Part shown: positions 48,860-60,279 of the stretch, piece after piece
Position numbering within the stretch: position 1 is the stretch's first letter
Layout of the letters: the number at the start of each line of letters is the position of its first letter
NCBI GenBank assembly: GCA_024346625.1
Contig: AP024665.1
Location: 434,001 to 498,000 of the forward strand
Direction: 5' to 3'
Length of the DNA stretch: 64,000 bases
DNA from: Williopsis jadinii
Taxonomy: Eukaryota
The notes under the pieces: generated by a model
Database searches by the model: none
What the model saw: the letters and a program-made list of their open reading frames with translations, nothing else
What the model was told of the DNA's origin: nothing
Program-made: the position numbers and the translations under genes

Positions 48860-49753
48860 TTAGACGTTGTTGTTGGACAACAGATGGCTGTTGTAGTCTT
48901 CTCCAGTATCTGCTCTTATGATGGCGTTTTCGACAGCCTTAACATCACTATCGTCCAAATATGGCTTGAAGGAGGCATTGCTTGACAGCTCAGGGAAGTT
49001 TCTTCTATATGACCAGTAGGCAACAGTGAAGCCCAACATGCTTCCCAGGATCACATCAACAAAGTGGTGTCTGTAATCCTCAGTTCTTGAGATTGCAATC
49101 AACGCAGCGCCCAAAAGTGGGACAGCAGCAACAACTTTTCTCCAGGAACCCGTCAATGGGTGTTCGGTTAATAACTGGCCCATTAGCCACAGGGAGAGAT
49201 ATCCTAAGCCTGAGAATGCAGAACTCGAATGTCCAGAAGGTGTGGTTCTAAATCCATCAGCAAGTCTGAGCAAGTCCTTCGTGGTGCACACATCCTTTGC
49301 AAACACCAAAACGTCCCTTGGTGCATCGGCCTTAGGGATACATCTGGCAATGAAATCAGGTCTATGTCTTCCAATCCAATTCTTCAAGGCATCTGTGAAT
49401 AGCTCATTCACAAAGAAAGATACAAACAGACCCAGAATAGAAATATAACCCAAGTACAACTTGTGTCTTGGATCACCTAACAGCGAAGTGACAATGACAA
49501 TTATGACCACAGGGATCGCCAAAGAGTAGATCATATTTACCTCGTTTGGAACTCGTTCATGCTCAGTAAATGGATGGTTAATCGTGACGTCGTTAATAAC
49601 AAATTGTCTCTCAAAGGGATAACTGATATAAAACACATAACTGTTGATTAGGAACACGATTGGAATCAAAATAACATCGCCAATTCTCCACTTCACAAAC
49701 ACCGGATAGACACTGAAGTTGTCTAGGCCTAAAGTGATACGATCCACGGCCAT
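48860..49753 (-). CDS. DPP1: Diacylglycerol pyrophosphate phosphatase (PAP2)
   Basis: KNWIGRHRPDF, PSGHSS and SRTEDYRHHFVD motifs; adjacent to GCN2 as in S. cerevisiae. Confidence 0.92.
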   Translation of the reverse strand: MAVDRITLGLDNFSVYPVFVKWRIGDVILIPIVFLINSYVFYISYPFERQFVINDVTINHPFTEHERVPNEVNMIYSLAIPVVIIVIVTSLLGDPRHKLYLGYISILGLFVSFFVNELFTDALKNWIGRHRPDFIARCIPKADAPRDVLVFAKDVCTTKDLLRLADGFRTTPSGHSSSAFSGLGYLSLWLMGQLLTEHPLTGSWRKVVAAVPLLGAALIAISRTEDYRHHFVDVILGSMLGFTVAYWSYRRNFPELSSNASFKPYLDDSDVKAVENAIIRADTGEDYNSHLLSNNNV

Positions 49754-50115
49754 ACTGACTCCCACCGGTCTCTGTTCTATATACTAAGCTCGTCTTGTCG
49801 AAACAGCTAAGTCTCTCTTCAACACGTCATACGCAGCAGGGAACAGCAACAGTTTTTTCCCCTACAGCACGTTTCTGGCTGTACAAGGCACTTTTCCTTT
49901 GGTAAAGGGACACACAAATATAAATCAACAACTCTCTACTAAAAGCTCGTTTTAAAGCAAGCCGAACAAACTGTTCGGAACGTATAATAGACAAGATAAT
50001 GTAACACTATGTATATAAAAATAGGAGAGCAAATCGTGAGCTCAAACACAAAATACAGATCTAATGATTGAACGGTATGTCCTCGAATAAAACAGAAACG
50101 CACAAGAACACAAGA

Positions 50116-52717
50116 TCATTCGTCATCGTCATCAGAAATCTCTGCCGTTTCAGCTAAAACGATCAACTTCTCAATTGACGCAAGGTGTTTACCGTAGTTT
50201 GGCTTAGAGATCTGCTTGAGATACTGCTTGATCTTCTTGATGAGAATTCTCTTCTTCTTGCCCTTAGACACCTCAACGAGCTTTTGAACAACGTAATTAG
50301 CAAATTGATCCTTCATCATCAAACCCAACGGAGAACGGTCATCCACTACGGAATCATCATCCTTATCGTTATTGACAAGGACTTTGTCCAAGATAAGAGC
50401 AACTTGTTCCTCGTTACCAAACATGACACATTTTTCAACAACGTTCGAGGCAAACTTGTGTTTTGAGAGATCAACCACAGAATCAGACACAACTTGAACA
50501 ATTGCTGTTTTGTCTTCAGGTTTACCATGCTCGATGATGTGTTGAATCACATAGTTACCATATTGATCTTGGATGAGGAAGTAGGTGAATTTGTTCAACT
50601 CGTTCAAGATATAGATTTGATCCTCTTCATTGGAAAACTCCAAGAGTCTCTGAATAACACGGCATCCGTATGGATGAGTGGATAAATGGTAAATGTGCTC
50701 CTTTAAAGAATCAAAGATAAAGCTAACCTCAACAATTGGAATCTTTTCAATCGCCTTCTGAATAACATGGTTACCATTTTGATCCTTGATACAAGGTAAC
50801 ACATAATCTTTCAATTCATTGATGATGGCGATTTGATCATTCAATGCCACGAATTCAATCGCCCTTTGGACAACTCTGCAACCGTACATCTGTAAGGATA
50901 AATCTTTGATTTTGCCTCTCATCTCATCGAGTAAAACTTTCTTTTGAGTTTCGGAACCGTGTTCGAAATACTTCTGGATGACATAATTACCAAAGACATC
51001 AGTCATAAGGTCAACTGCAACGTCACGGATTTCGTTAAAGAAAACCTCTTTCTCCTCCTCCGTCGATTCTGCCAATGCTTGTTGAATAAATCTAGAACCA
51101 TGCTGATCTTTAGAGAATTCGACTGCGTTACCAAAGATATCCTTAAGCTTATGGTTCTTGTTGCCTGAATTACGGAACTCCTCCAAAGCTGCACTTCTAT
51201 AGAATTGCATCTTTGGTTTACCAGGCTGACGGCCATTACCGTTGAAATGGCCACCACGACCAGCATTCTGCCCACTCACCTGGCCTGAAGGTTTTGGAGA
51301 GCGTGGTTTTCTACCTTGCTGTTGCTGCTGTTGTTGCTGCTGTTGCGGACCACCCATTGGAGACATTATCTGGGGAACTGTCAAAGGTGGTGACATGAAT
51401 GGGAAAGGAGAAAAGGCCTGAGGATACATAAATGGAGAACCATTGTTGTTAAAGCCTGGTTGTGCGTGTTGTGACTGAGGATGAACTGCTCCATTGGATT
51501 CACCACTAGGCTTATCTTTTGAATCAGAACTTCCGTCGGAGTTGGTAATCTCCTGAGCTGGAGTATCACCTTGCTGTTGAGCGTACTGTTGACCTTGAAC
51601 ACCGTTATCTCCAAATTGTGGAGGCATCATTGGCATAAATGGGAAAGGAGGGAAGCCAAATGGGTACATCTGGGGAGGATAACCCTGAGCTGGATAACCT
51701 TGAGGGGATCCCATCCCTGGTGGAAGCATCTGTTGCTGCTGCTGCTGAACCGATGCTTGACCATACATCGGCATGAAAGTCGCTGCCGATGCTGCAGATT
51801 GTGTATTCCAGATATTGGTACTGTTCACGTTGTTATCGCTAACATGATCTGAAATGACAGAGTTATGTTCAGATCTCACGTCAGATGAAATGGACATGGC
51901 TCTGCTAACTGCACCTGTAGTGGATGCTGCCGCGGGTGTCTTGAAAGCCTGAGTTGGCGAGCCATTATTTGACAAGTAGTTGTCAATTCTTTCAGAGACG
52001 GATTGTCTCGAAGAAGGAACATTCAGTCCTTCATCGATAGAACCGTTCGTACTGTCCAAAAATGGTTTGTTTGGCATTGTACCCTCTGGCGTTAAGAATG
52101 ACGTTCTTCTTGAAGATGAAGGAACACGACCACTGGTGGTTCCAATGGACAAGGAACCTAATCCACCGCCCAAAAGTTCCACTTCCCTAGTGGCCTCAGC
52201 AACAGCAGAAAACTTCTCCAAGAATCTTCCAGAGCCACCTCCAGTTGATGCTACTGAGGAGTGAGATGGGATTCCGCCAGATATCGACGCAGATGCAAAC
52301 ATGTTGCTTTGAAGTCTCGAAGCACCACCGTTGCCACCAGCACCAGATTGACTGAGTCCTCCAAGAGAAAGAGTGCCTCTTTTAAATCCAAATGCGCCGT
52401 TGTAGTCGGTGCTATCAACATCAGAGCCCGCGTATGACGCACTGGTGTGGAACTTGCCGATATTCTCGGTGTTCAGGGCATTGCTGTTGTTGTTGTTGTT
52501 CAGGTTCGAGTTAGCACTAAGACTTGATATGATAGAGCCCAAGTCGGGGTCTATCTGGTCAAGCGCAGAATGCCTTGCTTCAGTTGTCTCCCATCTGTGG
52601 GTGTTGGAGTCTGTTCAATTTCATCGTCAGTAAAACAGGCGTCCACATAAAAAAAGAAACAAAAACGTAGGCCAAAGGCCAAAGTACTAAAAGTACACAC
52701 AACTCACCAGTCATCAT
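50116..52717 (-). CDS. PUF3: Pumilio-family RNA-binding protein; exon 1 52717-52708, intron 52707-52611, exon 2 52610-50116
   Basis: Eight Puf repeats (DQHGSRFIQQ, DVFGNYVIQK, MYGCRVVQR...) and DLGSIISSLSA N-terminal motif. No in-frame ATG at the ORF start, but a GTGAGT/TACTGAC/CAG intron restores MMTDSNTHRW in frame. Confidence 0.9.
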
Positions 52718-54376
52718 ACGAGGAAGATGTGTTTCCGATCTCAGTCTTTATATATACAGGTAGCCAGAAACCAAGGAACAAAAAAAAGTCAAACAACAGA
52801 ACGGGAATAATTCTTTTCCAGTGTTATAGTCTTTGTTGTTGTTGAGTGTGTAATGTGGTGAAAGTGGTGTGAAGAGACTCAGACTGTGTGGAATATGTAA
52901 AATCCTTTATGACTAAGGAGGTATGGAGTGTAAGTTTATGTACAAGGGATGAAGGAGAGAGAACAACACAGAGATAGTGAGGCTATAAGGGAGAAGTTGG
53001 ATGGCGCGTTGATTGTTAAGAAGAAGTTAGTAAAGAAGGGAAAAAACGCTGGTGATGTTTTTGGAGAGAGAAAAAAACAAGACACAAAAGGAAAGGCGGG
53101 CGCTCGCACCAGCGAGAAACTTTTTTTGGTAGGCCGGGGAGCCACAACCAACCAGTGGGCAGAAACAACCAATGTACGTTCTCATCAACGGAGAAATTCC
53201 ACAGGCAAAGGACAGGACAGAGAGACGTTGGCGCCCCGGAGCTTGTAACGAAAACTGGGATCATCGCACTAAACGAAAAACTGTAGATGGCAGGGCGAGG
53301 GTGAGAGGGAAAACGTGTAGAGATGGTGCCATTTGTCTAGGCCTTAGAACTACAGTACATTGTAGAACAATTGTATTGAAAAGAATCACCAAGTGTCATG
53401 GCTATTTCTGAGCTCTTTACAACGTTCATGAAAATGTGCCATTTTGTGCCTCCTAGAAAGTCCAGGAGACAGCAAAACGGTAGTGATTTCCTTAGAGGAG
53501 CATGAACGCACTCCTTGTGTGTGTGTGCTTTACTGAGATGCGGCAAGACACTTGATGAGGATGTTGCGCACGCCGTTGATGTTGTGCTCTTCGGGTTCAG
53601 TTTATAATCCTCCAGTTATATTGACGTTACAATATATCTTTCACTAACAGTAGGATGCATAGTGTTCCTTCTGCACGGTGTGGCTAGTAGAATAGTTGAT
53701 ATGATAATGACAATAAGAATAATCTTGATAACAATATAATTCAGAAATATACGAGATGAAGGTTAAGTTCTAGGAACTTTATAAAGAGGAAATATAATGG
53801 TTCAAGGAGTGCCTTTTGAGCCATTGTAGAGAAACACTCGAATCTTGAGGAGTCGTGCTTCATGTTGCTTTCACACCCAAAAAGGCGTGTGACAACTGTT
53901 AAATGTTCTAGTAAATCACAGCTGATATAATTCAGTGATAAAAACGGGGAAATCGAGTCCGAAGGTCGAATATCACAAGCAAAGTGGTAAAGACACACGC
54001 CTTCCAGCTGTGTGAAACCACGCGTGGTGAGTGGATGGTCTACACTGGGCTCATGATGAGCACAACGTCTGGTCCCCTCCGGACTAAATCGAAATCAATA
54101 CGGGCGAGATAAGGAGTTTGTCAAATGTCCGTTGTCTGCTTCGTAACACTTTCCCAGCGGGAAGGCCTTGAATTTTTAGGCTTGAATTGCTCATATCGGA
54201 CACTTTTCCCACCACAGATCAGTTTTGCTGTCATTTTGCTGTGCCTTTTCGTGCCCTAACCGCAGTTTCGCATTTGGCGCAAAAGTCTACCAAAAGGGCA
54301 TCTCTTTGGGCAACAGCTGGAACCTTTGCAGTGTTTTATGGGCCTGGCGGTTGAAAGGGTAGTTGGATATACAAGC

Positions 54377-55141
54377 ATGTCTAAAGGGGCTGGTCTTGAG
54401 GAGGTGAAACAGCTACTGAGGGCATTACAACCTCCTATTTCAAAGAGAACTTCACAGACTCTACACAGTTTACGGACTGGCGGTGGTGACACCAGTGCAA
54501 ATGATGACGGTCATATATCACTACCTTCGAGAAGGGTGATTGCGAGCTCAAATTTGCTGTATTTTAGAACTAGAAATCAACTGCTACACTCCTCAGACTT
54601 CAAGAAGCTGTCTGATGAGTTGCCATTCGAGGTATTACAAGCAAGAGATTCACAACTCTTAACTCCCAAAGGCGGCTATTATCTGTTGTTTGGATCGTTC
54701 GACCATGCTGCCAAATATATGTACAATACCATTGGGAAGACCTTGAACGGTGTGAATTTCTACACTGAGATGTGTACACCGCAAGCTCACGTACCCTATT
54801 TGAAGTCGAGGCACTTGGATGAGTCTTTCCAGGTTGTTGAAGGCGACAAGTTTACCCTATTGAACTACTCCTCTCAAGTCCCAAGGAGCCATTACGCCGT
54901 GGTACGAGGCTTTCCAACTTTTATCACCAGGTCAACCTTGGAGAATATGCTCTGGCAATACGATTTGAGTCCAACAGATCCGATTAGATGTCTAAGCAGC
55001 GATAAAGTTGGTAAAGTATCCTCATGGCTTATAAAATTCAATAACCATCTGGATCCACAGAGATTTGTACGCCGGTACAATGGCAAGCCTTTCGATAACG
55101 ATGCCAACCTACCATTGGTATTTGCATCTCAAATGGATTAG
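54377..55141 (+). CDS. PET54: Mitochondrial RNA-binding protein Pet54
   Basis: LLYFRTRNQLL..DF, FEVLQARD, YYLLF blocks resemble Pet54; convergent with HSV2 as in S. cerevisiae. Start uncertain (54338 or 54377). Confidence 0.72.
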   Translation: MSKGAGLEEVKQLLRALQPPISKRTSQTLHSLRTGGGDTSANDDGHISLPSRRVIASSNLLYFRTRNQLLHSSDFKKLSDELPFEVLQARDSQLLTPKGGYYLLFGSFDHAAKYMYNTIGKTLNGVNFYTEMCTPQAHVPYLKSRHLDESFQVVEGDKFTLLNYSSQVPRSHYAVVRGFPTFITRSTLENMLWQYDLSPTDPIRCLSSDKVGKVSSWLIKFNNHLDPQRFVRRYNGKPFDNDANLPLVFASQMD

Positions 55142-55200
55142 AATTAGAACATATATATCATTATTAAAACTACTGTTATTACTCTCTTTGCTAGAACATT

Positions 55201-56352
55201 CTAAAGACTTCTCCATCCATCTTTAACAATCTCGTACTTCTTAGCTTCGGATTCACCGTTATGATGGGGCTGATTTGGCGATTCTTGAATGACATACTTC
55301 TCCCATTTGAAGCTCAGCTTCCAAATGATAATTATCGAATCATCGCCTGACCAGCCAAGGACTCCCGAATCAACCTCATCCCCCTTGCTTAGACTCTCAT
55401 CCGGTTTCAAATGAATCGAACAGAAACTCCACGTGGAGTTGAAGTAGTCAGGTTTAGGGAAAACTGGTAAGTTCTTCAGCATGTGGTGCTTGTTGACTTG
55501 TTGGTGTGAACCTGAAATGTTATACACATGAAGCGTCTGCTTATCGGAAAGCACAGCTAGTTTGGTGCCATTTGGCGAGAACTCCATGGCATATACAACT
55601 GCCCTATCTAGTCCTCTTCTGAACTCGTAGAGAAGAGAGCACGTTTGGGTTGAAAACACACGAATGATGGTACCTGTTTCAGACGCAGATGCGATCATTG
55701 TACCAGACTTGTTCACTGCAAGACATCTAATTGGTGATTTGTGTGCTTTGATGATGGAAACCAAGTTCCGTTCCTTACCGTTCGAGGATATATCCACAAC
55801 TTGTATTTGTCCTTGCACCCGTGCAGGGAATGCCAGCACTTGGGAATTCGGCAGTTGAGAACCAGCTTGATAACTACCAGGGGATAACACTGAAATCCCA
55901 TGACCATTATCAAAAGTTTCAAAAACTGATAAGTTCTTTGGGGGAGACGCAAACGTATGGACGTAGATCTTGTTGCTTAGGACAACAACTATCCGCGTTC
56001 TCGACAGCAGCACGTTCAGCACAGGACTGAAGAAGTTCAGATTCAATGCGTCCTTCACCTTCAAATCGTTCCATATGATAACTTTGTTCAGCGGGAACTT
56101 GGGGTTCTTCCCACCGCCAACAAGCGCAAGGTAATTCGTCCTATAGAGCATCTTGGCAATCCCTATACCCTGCCCATTACCATCACCATCAACGGTGAAA
56201 TCACGTTCCACTTTCAGGTCCATAGGATCAGCATTGTACACTTTGAAACCATCCTCATAGCCCACAGCAAAGCAGGAGAAGTCTTGATTAAAGGACGCCG
56301 TTAGCATCCTAGGCGGCCGTGAGATCTCTGTTATCGGCCTACGCGTATCCAT
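55201..56352 (-). CDS. HSV2: PROPPIN phosphoinositide-binding WD40 protein
   Basis: FNQDFSCF, MLYRTNYLALVGGG, IKAHKS, SETGTIIRVF, EFRRG, SDKQTLHV. Confidence 0.92.
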   Translation of the reverse strand: MDTRRPITEISRPPRMLTASFNQDFSCFAVGYEDGFKVYNADPMDLKVERDFTVDGDGNGQGIGIAKMLYRTNYLALVGGGKNPKFPLNKVIIWNDLKVKDALNLNFFSPVLNVLLSRTRIVVVLSNKIYVHTFASPPKNLSVFETFDNGHGISVLSPGSYQAGSQLPNSQVLAFPARVQGQIQVVDISSNGKERNLVSIIKAHKSPIRCLAVNKSGTMIASASETGTIIRVFSTQTCSLLYEFRRGLDRAVVYAMEFSPNGTKLAVLSDKQTLHVYNISGSHQQVNKHHMLKNLPVFPKPDYFNSTWSFCSIHLKPDESLSKGDEVDSGVLGWSGDDSIIIIWKLSFKWEKYVIQESPNQPHHNGESEAKKYEIVKDGWRSL

Positions 56353-56592
56353 CGGTCTGGTGCCTAAGAAGCTGCGCTAGCTCTTCTGCTCTCTCAGTGT
56401 TGTTTCCTCGTTTAGGGTTTTTTGTTTACTGCTCTGGGGAGCTTTGTCCCACCGGAAATAAGCGCACTTAAACGCAACCTCGTCTTGCTTCTGTGTACGT
56501 CAAAAGCTGGCGCGAGCCATCAACAGACACTTCGAGAAAGACCAGCGAAGGTAGGAAGGACGAGACAGGGCTAAGTAATTGGAAGGCAGACG

Positions 56593-58878
56593 ATGAGTTT
56601 TCACGAGTTCAATGCTGAGGAATGGTCCTCCCAGCAGGGTGAACGGATGAAGCAAACGCTGAGCGATCTTATCCCGAAAGAGCAGGTGCTGTACAACATT
56701 GGCCATTCAAGAGCACTTCCTAAAGACCACTATACGGTGGGCGTTGAGGGCGATGTGATTGCTCTGGGGACCCAGTTTGACAGACAGGCCGCTCTGGGGT
56801 ACTTTGACATGGCGGGTATCGACGGTAATGACGAACTGTCTCAGTTCTCAGATGAAGTTAAGCTGTTCTGTCACCAGCTGCAACACATGATGGACAAGAG
56901 AGAACAGTATCTGAGGGTATCAAAACAGAGGGCAAGGGACAACCCGCTGAACTGGCCGGACTGGATCAGTTATCCACCTCCGCAGCCAAGAGGGTGGCAC
57001 TATGAGGATGAGTATGGCGCAATGGACTATTACTACGATGAGAATGCCAAACCGCATTACTTTGGAGAGAACTTCCATATTGAGGACTACACGGAAAAGA
57101 TCTTGATGCCCTACCTCGAGAAGTATCCAAGGAGCGGTGAGATCATAAGATCAGCATCCGGAATGTTGTGCGTCAAGGGGTTTGAACCCTGTGATGAAGT
57201 ACCAACTTTCAGGGATTTCGTCGAGGACATCACGCAACTCATCGAGATGAGCTCGAACAAGATTGGTCAGTTGCTCTCTGTTAGAAGGCTACAGTACCTC
57301 AGAAACAAGTTTGAGTCTTATGAACTGTTGAACCAGAACAGGGAGATCTATTTGACAAAAATCAATCCCCACCGTGATTTTTACAATGTGAGGAAGATTG
57401 ATAACAACATAGATTTGACGATGTGTATGTCGAAGAAACACTTACTCAACGTCATCAACAAAAAGCTGAATGACGAACCAAATAGGGTCGTGTACAATGA
57501 AAATGGGAAAGATTGGACCCTTAAGGAGTTATTTGAACCGTATTTTGCAGATAACAAAGATGAAAGGCTAAACATTGATGATTTGTTCGAATTTGGACTC
57601 ATAGATAGAACCTTAGCTGACAAATCGCTTTACATCGATGATAAAAATACAGAGTATGATGACATCATCAAAAGAGAAGTACTTCTAAGAATCGACAGCA
57701 CATTTTTAAGACATGACAATTACATCGAGGGTGAATACCTAAGTATGGTGCTGAAACAGGTCCTTAGCGACTATGAAAAGAGTAAATATCAATTTGGAGA
57801 GTTAGGTGTGACTTTACAACTTGCAACGGCAAAGTCTGATTTAAACCCCTGGAGCTCAATTGCAAACTGGATAGTGAATAACCAGTTGGTGAGTCATAAC
57901 GTGAAATGGTTGGTAAGAATAGCAAGAAACTATCCGACCCTGAAGGCACAAGGGAAGGTATCCAACTTCCAGGGATTCATTGACCTCATATTTGCACCAC
58001 TGTTTGAAGTCTCTATAGATCCATTGAAGGATATAAACTTGCACTTTTTCCTAACAAAGACAAGTGGAGTGACCTTGCTTTCAAACTCTTTGACCATTTC
58101 AGCAGAAGAAGAAGTTGGCGACTTTACACAATTGCCGACACCATCAGACTGGAACTCTACAGATAACCCTCCATATGGCTATTATTTGTTCTACATATTT
58201 CAAAATCTTACAAATTTGAACACTTTCCGTCAATCCAAAAAGTTATCTATTTTGAGCTTACGGCCTATGGTGGCATCTGTTACAGAAGCGCATTCGTTTG
58301 ACTCTCTTGCCACGGCCTTCTTATTTTCACAAAGCATTATAAATGGAGAAAGATTGAGACATCATCCCGTGTTACAGTACCTCTACTATTTGAAACAGGT
58401 TGGTATCACAGTAAGTCCTTTATGTTGGAACAAGAGTGTGCAGTATATGAACGATGATGGTCGTATGGTTGCTGGGGACAAGGTGGCATACGAAACACAT
58501 CCAGGAATTGATTTCTTCAAGACAGGGATGATGGTGAGTCTTTCCACAAACAAGCCGTTGTTCTCGTCACTCACAAGGGATCCTTTGATCGAGGAATACA
58601 GCGTTGCTGGTAGTATCCACAAACTGTCTAACATCGATCTATGTGAATTGTGTCGTACAAGTGTCTTGATATCGGGATTCAATTCACAGTTTAAGCAGCA
58701 CTGGATCGGTATCAAGCTTACAGATGACCCTGAACATCCTCATGAAAATGTTGATGATTTTGCTATACAGAGAAACAATGTTCCAGATATGAGGTTGAAC
58801 TACAGGAATGACTGCGTTGCTGTCGAGAAGCAATTTATTCGTAATCTGGATGAAATCAGTAATGGTTCTACAGAGTAA
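56593..58878 (+). CDS. Catalytically degenerate AMP-deaminase homolog (YJL070C/YBR284W-like)
   Basis: PHRDFYNVRKID, LQYLYYLKQ and PLIEEYS AMPD blocks are present, but the metal-ligand motifs are substituted. Confidence 0.85.
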   Translation: MSFHEFNAEEWSSQQGERMKQTLSDLIPKEQVLYNIGHSRALPKDHYTVGVEGDVIALGTQFDRQAALGYFDMAGIDGNDELSQFSDEVKLFCHQLQHMMDKREQYLRVSKQRARDNPLNWPDWISYPPPQPRGWHYEDEYGAMDYYYDENAKPHYFGENFHIEDYTEKILMPYLEKYPRSGEIIRSASGMLCVKGFEPCDEVPTFRDFVEDITQLIEMSSNKIGQLLSVRRLQYLRNKFESYELLNQNREIYLTKINPHRDFYNVRKIDNNIDLTMCMSKKHLLNVINKKLNDEPNRVVYNENGKDWTLKELFEPYFADNKDERLNIDDLFEFGLIDRTLADKSLYIDDKNTEYDDIIKREVLLRIDSTFLRHDNYIEGEYLSMVLKQVLSDYEKSKYQFGELGVTLQLATAKSDLNPWSSIANWIVNNQLVSHNVKWLVRIARNYPTLKAQGKVSNFQGFIDLIFAPLFEVSIDPLKDINLHFFLTKTSGVTLLSNSLTISAEEEVGDFTQLPTPSDWNSTDNPPYGYYLFYIFQNLTNLNTFRQSKKLSILSLRPMVASVTEAHSFDSLATAFLFSQSIINGERLRHHPVLQYLYYLKQVGITVSPLCWNKSVQYMNDDGRMVAGDKVAYETHPGIDFFKTGMMVSLSTNKPLFSSLTRDPLIEEYSVAGSIHKLSNIDLCELCRTSVLISGFNSQFKQHWIGIKLTDDPEHPHENVDDFAIQRNNVPDMRLNYRNDCVAVEKQFIRNLDEISNGSTE

Positions 58879-58985
58879 ATTGGTATAATCAGCTGATAAT
58901 ATAATAAAAAGGTATAGAAAATCAGACCCTCAGAATGTTGATGATCTGTAAACGTAAAACGAACATAAAGGCCATCGATTTTAGA

Positions 58986-60074
58986 TTAACCACCGTAGCT
59001 TGTTGCGAAGACCTCTCTGATTTGATCAATACTGTAACCAGAGTACAAACACAATTGCAACAAGATACGTGCCTTCTGTGGGTTCAAGTAACCTGAAGCA
59101 ATACCGTAAGATGGGACATCGTCAGTTGGAACAGAACCGTCTGGGGTTCTTCTACTGTAGACGATTGGCAAGTCGTACTTGTCGATCAACTCTTCGTTGG
59201 TGATTTCACCACTATTAGTCCAGGAACCAGCACCAGAGCCGGCAAGAACCAAACCCTTTGCACCCAACTCCTTGACAGCTTGAACGGCCAATTCTGGGTT
59301 AAGCCCTTGGTAAGAGTACAAAATGATAACCTCTGGAATTTCAGAAGCATCGGTGACATTTGAGATATCGAAATACTGGTAACCATAAGCTCTGGCTGGT
59401 GGGTAGTAAAACTCAATGTTGTCGTTGAAGAAGTGACCCAAGTAACCTTGCTCGTCAGCCTTGAAGGTGTCCACAGAGTTGGCGTTCATCTTGGTAGTGT
59501 ACATAGCAGAGGCGATACGATCATTCATTGTGATCATTGTACCACGACCCTCAGATTTGCTGGAACCAGCAATGGAGACAGCTTGGTACAAGTTCATTGG
59601 ACCATCAGCAGAGGTGGCTGTAGATGGACGCATGGCACCAACCATACAAATTGGCTTTTCAGACTTGATAGTCATGTCAAGGAAGAAGGCAGTCTCTTCC
59701 AAGGTATCAGTACCATGGGTAACAACGGCACCATCGATCAAGCCATTCTCGAAATCCTGGGAAATGTTATGATGCAATGGGATCAAGTGAGTGTAATTCA
59801 AGGAGTTAGAACCAATGTTCGAGATTTGGAGGTACTCCAAGTTTGCAACATCACTCAAAGATGGAACAGCGTCGATCAAGTCATCGACAGTCAAACCAAC
59901 TTGGTAACCAGCAGTGGTAGCAGCAGTGGAACCCTTTGAAGCAATGGTACCACCGGTACCGTAAATCTTGACGGTTGGCAGAGTTGCATTTGTTTCATCA
60001 CGGGCCTCGATGATTGGCAGAGCAGATGTCAATGCGACAAAGATAGAAAGAAGAACGCTGGTAGAGAATCTCAT
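58986..60074 (-). CDS. ASP3: Secreted/cell-wall L-asparaginase II
   Basis: Signal peptide; GTGGTIA and [10 protein letters not shown] catalytic Thr motifs; [27 protein letters not shown] and the YGG end match S. cerevisiae Asp3; 362 aa. Confidence 0.95.
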   Translation of the reverse strand: MRFSTSVLLSIFVALTSALPIIEARDETNATLPTVKIYGTGGTIASKGSTAATTAGYQVGLTVDDLIDAVPSLSDVANLEYLQISNIGSNSLNYTHLIPLHHNISQDFENGLIDGAVVTHGTDTLEETAFFLDMTIKSEKPICMVGAMRPSTATSADGPMNLYQAVSIAGSSKSEGRGTMITMNDRIASAMYTTKMNANSVDTFKADEQGYLGHFFNDNIEFYYPPARAYGYQYFDISNVTDASEIPEVIILYSYQGLNPELAVQAVKELGAKGLVLAGSGAGSWTNSGEITNEELIDKYDLPIVYSRRTPDGSVPTDDVPSYGIASGYLNPQKARILLQLCLYSGYSIDQIREVFATSYGG

Positions 60075-60161
60075 TGTGCGGAGACTGAATGGAGAGTAGT
60101 GGTTTATCGATGCTGTATAAACCTCATGAACTGGTGACCATTTGAGATGGATTCAAGCTTG

Positions 60162-60279
60162 TATTTATAGGGCATTGTGTGTATCAAAACTGAAGATAAT
60201 GATTTATTGTTGAAGCCTCAATGCTCTGATATCAGTCAGAATAAAGATAACCTCTTGGTATCAGAGAGAGTAAAGATAA
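60162..60279. promoter_or_regulatory. TATA box and clustered GATAA (nitrogen catabolite repression) sites of ASP3
   Basis: TATAAATA on minus at 60169-60162; GATAA at 60195, 60246 and 60275, plus additional GATA/TATC cores. Confidence 0.7.
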
